This document shows, piece after piece, positions 7,984 to 15,040 of a stretch of DNA of 20,988 nucleotides. Under the pieces are notes generated by a model that saw only the letters and a program-made list of their open reading frames with translations, was not told the origin of the DNA and did no database searches. This DNA is from Polyangiales bacterium (GTDB lineage: Bacteria; Myxococcota_A; Polyangia; Polyangiales; Houyiibacteriaceae): contig JBGCFM010000111.1 in NCBI GenBank assembly GCA_045106895.1, forward strand, positions 1 to 20,988, read 5' to 3'. Position 1 is the first letter of the stretch. Each line of letters starts with the position of its first letter. The position numbers were made by a program, and so were the translations under genes.

Positions 7984-9483
7984 ATGTTCGGTTTTCCGAA
8001 ATCGAGTGCTCCCAGACGGAGCGCTGCTGGGGCACCTCTCGTCCGATGGCTCTTTGGCCTCGTTTTGACCCTCGCAGCCTGTGACTGCGGGGACTCCGTG
8101 CTCGCGACGGTGAGCGCCCACGAGGGAAGCGTCGAGAGAGACGAAGCACGGGCTCTCGGCCGCTGGCAGGCCGCTGCCCTCGGCGACGAGCTTCGTTTGG
8201 GGGATGGACTGCGAACCGGTCCGGAGGCCACGGCGTCGCTGGAGCTCGCGAGCGGCGTGAAGATGGACCTCGAGCCCGACACGCTCATTCGTTTTCGGAC
8301 CGCGGGCGACGAGCAGGACCAGCGCATCGAGGTCGTGAGCGGTGAGGTTGTCGTAGAGACGCCGGCGGACGGCGCCGGCGGGCTGGAGCTCGCGCTTGAG
8401 TTGGGTGACGTTCGCCTCGCGGCGGGCAGCCAAGCACGTGTGCGCGCCGACTCGAGCTTGGAGGTGATCGTCGGCCAAGCGGTCATCGAACGCGGCGACG
8501 GAACGGAAGCGACGGCGCAGGCGGGTGAGGTCATCGACGTCGACGCAGGGCTCGATGCTGGGGACGTCGACGCCGGGATTGTCGACATCGGCGAAGAAGA
8601 CGCCGGGGTGGAAGAAGACGCGGGCGAGGAAGATGCTGGAGAGGGCACGGAGTCCGGCGGAGTCGATGCGTTGGCGCCGGGGCCGGCCCGCGCGGACTTG
8701 CTCTTGAGCGCCGGGGGAAGCGTTACGATTCATGCGCCGACGCTTCCTGTACGCATCGGCGTGAGCGCCCCGGACTGCGCGGGGCAGTCGGTTCTTCGCG
8801 CAGGGCGTCGACGTGCGTTAGCGGTAGACGGCGAAGCTCACTTGGCGCTCCCGCCGGGGCGTCACCGATGGACGCTGACCTGCGCTGGGAACGAAGTGTC
8901 TCGTGGTTCTGCGCGCATCCTCCGGGATGGTGGAACGCGGCGAATGCCCCGGATTCCGCCGCGCAACGTGATCGACGCGGACGGCAGACCTTATCGGGTG
9001 CTCTACCAAAACCAGCTACCCTCGGTGCTGGTGCGTTGGGCCGGGGCTCAGGGCAACCCGCCTTATCGGCTCACGCTTCAGCGACCCGGGGGCAGCGCCA
9101 TTACACGGACCGCCGCGACGCCGCGTTTCGAGTTCCGTTCGGGCCAAGTTCCGGAAGGGACACACTCGATTCAGGTCCGTTCCGCCTCCGGCGACACCTC
9201 ACCCACGACTCGCCTGACGATTCGCTTCGACAACGCGGCTCCCACAGCGAGCGTGAGCGCGCCGGCGAACCGATCCTTCGCCCCTGGAGCGACGGTGACG
9301 GTGTCGGGGACTGCTGCTCCAGGCTGGCAGGTGCGGGTCGGTGGGCAGGAGTTGCCCCTTGGAGACCAGTACCGGTTCAACGGAGAAGTCACCGCGCCGG
9401 TAAATCGCGACTCACTCGTGCTTCAACTCGTGCATCCAAGGCGCGGAACACACTACTATCTGCGACGTGCCGACGGCTCCTAG
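7984..9483 (+). CDS. Lipoprotein with N-terminal FecR-like domain, acidic DAG-repeat linker and C-terminal Ig-like beta domains
   Basis: Likely start is ATG 7984 after AGGA (alternative 7966). Lipobox LTLAAC; FecR-like GSVER...W..A..GDELRLGDGLRTGPEATASLELASG...LEPDTLIRF; C-terminal DNAAPTASVSAP...VTVSGTA Ig-like segment. Confidence 0.75.
   Translation: MFGFPKSSAPRRSAAGAPLVRWLFGLVLTLAACDCGDSVLATVSAHEGSVERDEARALGRWQAAALGDELRLGDGLRTGPEATASLELASGVKMDLEPDTLIRFRTAGDEQDQRIEVVSGEVVVETPADGAGGLELALELGDVRLAAGSQARVRADSSLEVIVGQAVIERGDGTEATAQAGEVIDVDAGLDAGDVDAGIVDIGEEDAGVEEDAGEEDAGEGTESGGVDALAPGPARADLLLSAGGSVTIHAPTLPVRIGVSAPDCAGQSVLRAGRRRALAVDGEAHLALPPGRHRWTLTCAGNEVSRGSARILRDGGTRRMPRIPPRNVIDADGRPYRVLYQNQLPSVLVRWAGAQGNPPYRLTLQRPGGSAITRTAATPRFEFRSGQVPEGTHSIQVRSASGDTSPTTRLTIRFDNAAPTASVSAPANRSFAPGATVTVSGTAAPGWQVRVGGQELPLGDQYRFNGEVTAPVNRDSLVLQLVHPRRGTHYYLRRADGS
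8536..8640 (+). repeat. In-frame acidic DAG peptide repeats (6 copies)
   Basis: DVDAGLDAGDVDAGIVDIGEEDAGVEEDAGEEDAG; at DNA level gaagaagacgc is duplicated. Confidence 0.8.
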
Positions 9484-11119
9484 CGACCCCCATGATTTGA
9501 CCGGAAGCGTAGTGCTGGGGCGCTACCGTCTGGTGAGCGCCATCGCGCAAGGTGGCATGGGTGTCATCTACCTCGCTCGGCAGGAGGGCGACGCGGGGTT
9601 CATGCGCCCGGCCGTCATCAAGCGCTTGAGACCGGACATGGGCGGCGACATGGCGATGGTCGAGCTCTTCATGCGAGAGGCGCGCATTCTTTCGCACCTT
9701 CAGCACCCCGCCATCGTCGGCGTTCTGGATTTCGCCGTCGAAGCGGGCTGCCACGTCATGGCGCTCGAGTACGTGGCCGGTTACCACGTGGGGCTCTGGG
9801 CGCGCTATCTGCGAAAACGCAAGAAGGCCTTCGACGCGTCCCTTGTGATGCATATCGTCAGCAAGGTCCTCGACGCCCTCGACTACGTTCACAGCCGAAC
9901 GGACGACAACGGAGAGCCGATGGGCATCGTCCATCGCGATGTCACTCCGTCGAATGTCCTCGTCGACCGTGAGGGCAACGTGAAGCTCCTCGACTTCGGC
10001 ATCGCTCGAAGCGAAGACGAAGCGACGAAGGACGCGAGCGAACGGAGCATCAAGGGCAAGTTCTCGTACATCTCGCCGGAGGCGTTGGACGGCGCACCTC
10101 CGACGGCCCAGGGCGATATCTATTCCTGCGGAGTGATGATCCATGCGCTCATCTGGGGCCGGAACTACTTCTTGGCGTCGACCCCAGCGGAGACGCTTCG
10201 GCGCGTTCTCGATGGCGGCCTCCCTGCGCTGAGCGAACGGTTTCAAGTTCCCGCGGGTTTGGATGCGGTCATCGCAAAAGCGACGGCTGCGGATCCCGCG
10301 GAGCGTTACGCCACGGCGCGAGAGATGCTCGACGCCCTCCGCGGGCTTCAAGAACGTGAGGGTCATGATTTGAGCGACCGCCTGCGCCGCGCCGCTCAGC
10401 TCCTCTACAGCGAAGATGCGCTCCCCGCTGGGCTCGGGCTTGCTACCTTGGAGGAGCGTGATGCTCTGTGGAAGAACTTCGTCGCGGCGCCGGTCGCTGA
10501 GCCGGGCCCTCTTTCGAACCCAGCTCCAGCGCCTGTCCCGGATATGGCTTCTCGGCCGCCTCCTGCCCACCAGCGGGCATGGATCGTCACCGTCACGCTC
10601 CTCGTTCTTGCGCTCCTCGCCGTCGGCGGCGGCGCCGCATACTTCTTTGGTCAAAGGGAGAGAGCGACGCCGACCATTATCGTCGAGCAGCGGAGCCTTG
10701 CGGACGACTCCAACCAAGCGGCTCAAGACTCTCCAGGTGTGACCGCTGTGAACATGGCTCCGGCGGAACCAACGCCCGCGGATATGAGCGAGTCCCCGGC
10801 GAGCATGGAGCCTCAGGCCGAAGTGAGCATGATGGGTATGGGCGGCACATCACCGGAGCAGAGGCTCGCTCGCAGCTTTGCCCGAAGCGTCCCGGCCCTC
10901 CGTCGCTGTTTCGTCGATCACGGCGAGACGACCGCGTCCTCCATCAGCGTACGACTTCGCGTTGGAACGAGCGGACGCGTGGAAAGGGCAACGGTCACGC
11001 CGAGGACTTTGGGCACCGGGCTGATGGGTTGTCTCACGCAGGTGAGCGAAGGGATTCGTTTCGAGCCGCAGTCCGACGTGGTGACATTCCAGGTCCCCGT
11101 GACTATCCGCCAGCGCTAG
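9467..11119 (+). CDS. Hanks-type Ser/Thr protein kinase with TM helix and periplasmic AgmX/PglI (TonB-C-like) C-terminal domain
   Basis: IAQGGMGVIY, AVIK, HRDVTPSNVL, DFG, GKFSYISPE and DIYSCG motifs. TM segment WIVTVTLLVLALLAVGGGAAYFF. C-terminal LRRCF...SVRLRVGTSGRVERATV...GCLTQ...IRF. GTG start overlaps the upstream gene by 17 bp. Confidence 0.93.
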   Translation: MPTAPSDPHDLTGSVVLGRYRLVSAIAQGGMGVIYLARQEGDAGFMRPAVIKRLRPDMGGDMAMVELFMREARILSHLQHPAIVGVLDFAVEAGCHVMALEYVAGYHVGLWARYLRKRKKAFDASLVMHIVSKVLDALDYVHSRTDDNGEPMGIVHRDVTPSNVLVDREGNVKLLDFGIARSEDEATKDASERSIKGKFSYISPEALDGAPPTAQGDIYSCGVMIHALIWGRNYFLASTPAETLRRVLDGGLPALSERFQVPAGLDAVIAKATAADPAERYATAREMLDALRGLQEREGHDLSDRLRRAAQLLYSEDALPAGLGLATLEERDALWKNFVAAPVAEPGPLSNPAPAPVPDMASRPPPAHQRAWIVTVTLLVLALLAVGGGAAYFFGQRERATPTIIVEQRSLADDSNQAAQDSPGVTAVNMAPAEPTPADMSESPASMEPQAEVSMMGMGGTSPEQRLARSFARSVPALRRCFVDHGETTASSISVRLRVGTSGRVERATVTPRTLGTGLMGCLTQVSEGIRFEPQSDVVTFQVPVTIRQR

Positions 11120-11210
11120 GAAATCTTGAGGGGGCTTTTTCGCCAGCGCTGCCTGGTCTGAACAGCGCTGCCTTCGCTTTTCCCCACGACCTTCTGAATC
11201 GCGCGCTGGA

Positions 11211-11543
11211 CTATTTTCCGCGCCACTCCGACGTTGGGTACTTCGCGCGGTTCTTCTTCATCTTTTCATGGATGGCGGGCAGAAGGTCCAGGTCGATGCG
11301 CTCGGAGAGCATGAGCAGACACACCGCGACATCGCAGATCTCGTCGACGACGCCCTGACGTGTCTCGGGGTCTTTGCAATGCGCATCGGACGCGTCTCCT
11401 TCGATCCAACGCAACTCCGAGAGGAGCTCGCCGGCCTCGGAACCCACCGCCATCGCGAGGTTTTTCGGGTCGTGGAACTGCGCCCAGTCCCGCTCTTTGA
11501 CGAATGCGCGGATGTCTTCGAGAACGGCTTCGTATCGGTCCAT
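11211..11543 (-). CDS. MazG-like nucleotide pyrophosphohydrolase (dCTP pyrophosphatase-like)
   Basis: From ATG 11543: IRAFVKERDWAQFHDPKNLAMAVGSEAGELL...DEICDV...EKMKKNRAKYP, the all-alpha NTP-PPase signature (110 aa). Confidence 0.92.
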   Translation of the reverse strand: MDRYEAVLEDIRAFVKERDWAQFHDPKNLAMAVGSEAGELLSELRWIEGDASDAHCKDPETRQGVVDEICDVAVCLLMLSERIDLDLLPAIHEKMKKNRAKYPTSEWRGK

Positions 11544-11602
11544 AACGTCGGTATCGCACAGTCGGGGCTCCAACGCGTGGAAGCGGAGACTCTTGTTGGT
11601 TA

Positions 11603-11628
11603 AACACTTGAACGAATGATGAAATGAT
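11603..11628. promoter_or_regulatory. Candidate ArsR/SmtB-type metal-responsive operator upstream of the CDF gene
   Basis: AACACTTGAACGAATGATGAAATGAT is AT-rich with imperfect dyad symmetry and resembles the SmtB box as I recall it. It lies 14 bp before the CDF start. Confidence 0.45.
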
Positions 11629-11642
11629 TGTAAGTCCCAAAG

Positions 11643-12605
11643 GTGGGACACGGTCATGGTCACAGAGGTCATGGAAGCCATGAAAGTCATGGCCACGGGC
11701 ACGGCCACGCGTCGCACCGAGCCCTCGGGGAGCGCGCGCTGCTCTGGGCCCTGGGGCTCAACGGCGGCTTCTTGGTCATCGAAGCCATCGCTGGCTTCTG
11801 GAGTCAGTCGCTCGCGTTGCTTTCCGACGCGGGGCACATGCTCTCCGACGTCGCGGCCCTCGCCATCGCGTTGCTGGGCGCCCGTTTGGCCCGGCGGCCG
11901 GCGGCGGGGGGCTATACCTTTGGGCTGAGACGCGCCCCGGTTTTGGCGGCGCTCATCAACTCCGTCGCGCTCCTTCTCATCAGCGTCTGGATCTGCGTCG
12001 CTGCTGTGCAGCGATTGCGCTCGCCAACGCATATTCATGGTCACGTGGTGATCTGGGTCGGCATCGTGGGACTCGCCGTCAACTTGGCCAGCGCGATCAT
12101 GTTGCAGCGGAGCGGCGACAAGTCCGTGAACGCGCGCGCCGCGATGCTGCATCTATTCGCAGACGCACTGGGCTCCGTCGCGGCTATCGTCGCCGGCGTC
12201 TGCGTTCGTTACTTCCAATGGACCCAAGCGGACCCCATCGCAAGCATGCTTATCGCGTCCCTCACGGCCGTCGCGACGCTTCCCTTGCTCCGGCAAGCGC
12301 TTCAGATCGTGCTGCAACGCGCGCCGGCATTTCTGGATGAACTCCGCCAAACGTTGGAGTCCGCCGACGGAGTCGCAGCGGTGTTGGACCTCCACGTCTG
12401 GGAACTCGATGATGGCGCGGCCGTCGTCTCGGCGCGGCTAGAGCCAGAAGCCCCAGCTCTCTCCTTGAGTGAGTCCAACGCCCTCGCCGACACGCTGCGC
12501 CAGCTCTTGATGAAGACCTTCAATATCACGCACGTGACGCTTGAGATGCGCTGCGTCTCGTCGCCGGAGCTCCCGTGCGGCGCCGCGCCAGTGAAGCCGC
12601 TCTAG
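11643..12605 (+). CDS. czcD: Cation diffusion facilitator (CzcD/ZitB-type Zn/Co/Cd exporter) with His-rich N-terminus
   Basis: GHGHGHRGHGSHESHGHGHGH, SLALLSDAGHMLSD (TM2 HxxxD), YTFG, HLFAD (TM5 HxxxD), ADPIAS and DLHVW. Confidence 0.93.
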   Translation: MGHGHGHRGHGSHESHGHGHGHASHRALGERALLWALGLNGGFLVIEAIAGFWSQSLALLSDAGHMLSDVAALAIALLGARLARRPAAGGYTFGLRRAPVLAALINSVALLLISVWICVAAVQRLRSPTHIHGHVVIWVGIVGLAVNLASAIMLQRSGDKSVNARAAMLHLFADALGSVAAIVAGVCVRYFQWTQADPIASMLIASLTAVATLPLLRQALQIVLQRAPAFLDELRQTLESADGVAAVLDLHVWELDDGAAVVSARLEPEAPALSLSESNALADTLRQLLMKTFNITHVTLEMRCVSSPELPCGAAPVKPL

Positions 12606-12630
12606 ATCATGTGCATCGGGCTCGTGGCCA

Positions 12631-14070
12631 TTAGGCCTGCTTCGCCGACGTACGCCACGCTCGAACCTTCTTCTCGGACGCTCCCACCTCTCCGGCGATT
12701 CGTAGGACGTCTTCGTCGGTCCAAGCGGCGATGTCTGCGGGCGCTTTCACGCCGCTCGCGCTGAGCGCCTTCGCGTACTTGGGTCCAATGCCCTTCACCG
12801 TGGTGAGGACGTTCTCCGCGGACGGCGGCGGCATCGCCTCGAGGGCTCTGACGCGGGCCTCCAGACTCTCGGTACCAGCGTTCGCGGCGCTCGCCTTGAG
12901 GGCTTGTACTTCAGCCTTGAGGGCCTCGATTTCGGCCGCCGCGGGGCTCTCTTCGGACTTGATCTCGCTCAGTGCTTCTCGAATGGCGGCGAGCTCTTGG
13001 CGGAACGCGTGCGCGTCGTTTTCTCCCTCCGAGTTCTGCCCTTTCGCGCTCTCGTCCATGCGCTCGGTGATCTCTTTTCGCAGCGAAGCGACGGCTTCGC
13101 GCCATTCGTCTCCCCCGCCCGCGCTTTCCGTCGACTCCTTGAAGCGGCGCTCCAGACCTTCGCCTCGCGCCTGAAGGATATCGACGCGCTCCTTGAGTTC
13201 TTCTTCAGACTCTTCGAGCTGCGCGCTGAGAACCTCCATGCGTCCGACGGCGCTCATGACCTGGTCTACGCGCGCTGAGATGGTTGTCTCGATGGCGTTG
13301 AGGCGAGATGGCAAGGTGCGGAACGAAGGTGTGAACGCTTCTTCAATGAGCGCGAGACGCGACTCGATGCGCGTGATCCGTGCGGCGATGTTGGCGCCCT
13401 CGGGAGCCACGCTCGGTCGACGTTTCATCTCCCGGAGGTCGCTCTCGAGAGCGCTTAGGCGCGCATGAAGCGCGGCGTCGGCGATGCGTGAAGTTGGAGG
13501 CGGCGGTGGGACGCTTCCAGGTCGTCCGCCGATGATGGGACGAGGAGGAGTCGAGGGACTACGCGAGGGGCCACGGAGTGGAGGTGGACCTGAGGCGCGC
13601 GTCTGTGACGGTCGACCCGGAGCTGTCGGCGCGGACCGCGGTGTTGGTGTTGGCGCTGCGGGTGCTGGCGCTGCGGGTGTTGGCGCTGCGGGAGTCGGCG
13701 TGAGCGGCGTCGAGGAGAGTGGTCTCGGCGTGAGCGGCTTGGGCGCCCCGGTGATGGGTCGCATGTGCGTTGGCGCTGAGGCGCGTTCCGTGCTCGGGGC
13801 GCGCTCTGTGCTCGGCGCGCCTGAGATCGGACTCGGCAGCGAGCTCTTTCGAATCTTGACCGTCGCTTTGCGCTGGCGCGCGTCAGCCGCGATGTCCGCG
13901 GCGTTGAGCACACCCGGTTGAAGAGTCCGTCCGAGTCGGGCTGGAACACGTCCTGGTGCTGGTCGTGCGACCTGCGGCATCGGAGGAGGCGGCTCCGTGG
14001 GTGTATCCGAATCTGCAGGTTCCGGCTTGGGGAGCGGCGGAGGGCCGCCGGAGCGTCGTTCGTCCGTCAT
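12631..14070 (-). CDS. Pro-rich N-terminus + coiled-coil + C-terminal helix-hairpin-helix domain protein
   Basis: About 190 aa of P/S/T/R-rich sequence, a heptad-rich middle (LSALESDLREMK, LEESEEELKERVDILQ, IEALKAEVQALK), and C-terminal LTTVKGIGPKYAKALSASGV...DIAAWTDEDV (DUF4332/HhH-like). Confidence 0.8.
   Translation of the reverse strand: MTDERRSGGPPPLPKPEPADSDTPTEPPPPMPQVARPAPGRVPARLGRTLQPGVLNAADIAADARQRKATVKIRKSSLPSPISGAPSTERAPSTERASAPTHMRPITGAPKPLTPRPLSSTPLTPTPAAPTPAAPAPAAPTPTPRSAPTAPGRPSQTRASGPPPLRGPSRSPSTPPRPIIGGRPGSVPPPPPTSRIADAALHARLSALESDLREMKRRPSVAPEGANIAARITRIESRLALIEEAFTPSFRTLPSRLNAIETTISARVDQVMSAVGRMEVLSAQLEESEEELKERVDILQARGEGLERRFKESTESAGGGDEWREAVASLRKEITERMDESAKGQNSEGENDAHAFRQELAAIREALSEIKSEESPAAAEIEALKAEVQALKASAANAGTESLEARVRALEAMPPPSAENVLTTVKGIGPKYAKALSASGVKAPADIAAWTDEDVLRIAGEVGASEKKVRAWRTSAKQA
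13646..13690. repeat. 3 x 15-bp in-frame tandem repeat (encodes PAAPT-type units on the minus strand)
   Basis: ggtgttggcgctgcg / ggtgctggcgctgcg / ggtgttggcgctgcg. Confidence 0.85.
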
Positions 14071-14170
14071 CGCAGGGAGAGTACCTTATGCGGCCGGCGA
14101 TGTGTGGCGCCAAGGCAGTCCCCGCCCGCCCAGCGTGGGTCGAATTGCGACGTGCTCCGTGCCCGCTGTC

Positions 14171-15040
14171 CTATGGGGCGAGGTCGAAACGCGTCAGCGT
14201 GCCCCGCAGACTCTCGCTCGCCTCGTCCCAGATGTGGTCGCGGTCGAGGGCCGGCGGCTCCTCGCATTCGAAGGCCTGCCGCAGATAGCGGACTACGCCG
14301 AGGTCGTCTCCGGCGTAGAACGCGGCTCGGGCAGCGAGCCCAAGCCAAAGTCCGCGGCCAACGGGATCGGATTGTTCGGCGCGGCGCGCAACCGCGCTCG
14401 CTGGAACCGTTCCCGTTCGAATGAGCTCGATAGTGAAGGGCGTGGCCCCGTCCAAGCAAGCGACCTGGAAGCGGAGCGCTGGGTTCGCGTCGGCGAGGCG
14501 ATCGATGACGCGGTGGATCGCTTGAGGACGAAAGGCTGGAGCCACATCGGCGAGACCGGTTTGAATCGTCTCAAGGGACATCTGTGGAGTGACGTGTTCG
14601 AGGAAGTCGACAAAGGAGTCGGACAAGAGACCGTCTCCTCGCAGGAACTTCTGAAGGGTCCGGCCGCGCTCTCCGCCGCGCGACGCGAGGGAGCGGGCGA
14701 GGTCGAAGGCCGCTTGGGCGAAACCGAGTGCTGCTTGGCGTTTGAGGTACCGAAGGTCATCGCCGCCGCGGAGCCACGCGACGCGCTCCGCCTGAAAAGC
14801 GCGCTCACCTTCGCCGGTGTTATGGAACTCTACCCAAGCCAGCAGGAGCTCAAGGCAACGCCACTCGGGGGCGTGCGCCGAAGGGGCGAGGGGCTCCGGG
14901 AGAAGAGCTTGGCGGCGTTCGCACTCCGCCCCAATCTCACCGAAGTTCGCTTCGTCTTGCGCGTGGAGCCACGCGATAGCGTCGCCTTTGCCCTGGCGTG
15001 AGTCGCCAAGTAGTGCGTCGAGCTCTTGGGTCCAGCTCAC
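14171..15040 (-). CDS. Hypothetical, probably alpha-helical protein translationally coupled to the GMC oxidoreductase
   Basis: GTG at 15040 overlaps the GMC TGA (GTGA overlap). The 289-aa product (MSWTQELDALLG...) has normal globular composition and no recognised motif. Confidence 0.65.
   Translation of the reverse strand: MSWTQELDALLGDSRQGKGDAIAWLHAQDEANFGEIGAECERRQALLPEPLAPSAHAPEWRCLELLLAWVEFHNTGEGERAFQAERVAWLRGGDDLRYLKRQAALGFAQAAFDLARSLASRGGERGRTLQKFLRGDGLLSDSFVDFLEHVTPQMSLETIQTGLADVAPAFRPQAIHRVIDRLADANPALRFQVACLDGATPFTIELIRTGTVPASAVARRAEQSDPVGRGLWLGLAARAAFYAGDDLGVVRYLRQAFECEEPPALDRDHIWDEASESLRGTLTRFDLAP

Noticed and set aside
7929..8648. N-terminal 240 aa of the 720-aa minus ORF (S/P/A-rich)
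   Set aside because: It is the antisense shadow of the FecR-like lipoprotein, and a clean signal peptide begins at ATG 7928.
11141..11173. CAGCGCTGCCT duplicated between the convergent kinase and MazG-like genes, as a possible terminator
   Set aside because: The stem is short with a large loop and no adjacent U-tract, which is compatible with chance in GC-rich DNA.
11211..11543. MazG-like gene as part of an anti-phage system
   Set aside because: No neighbouring defence genes are present; it resembles a standalone housekeeping dCTPase-like protein.
11544..12152. Long N-terminal extension of the MazG-like ORF
   Set aside because: It is antisense to the CDF gene, and MazG-like similarity starts at ATG 11543.
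13646..13820. Short direct repeats as a possible CRISPR array
   Set aside because: They are 15-18-bp in-frame coding repeats without spacers, and no cas genes are present.
13997..15001. 334-aa plus-strand ORF
   Set aside because: It shadows the minus-strand gene, which has a GTGA overlap with the GMC gene and fits the local gene direction. Not fully excluded.
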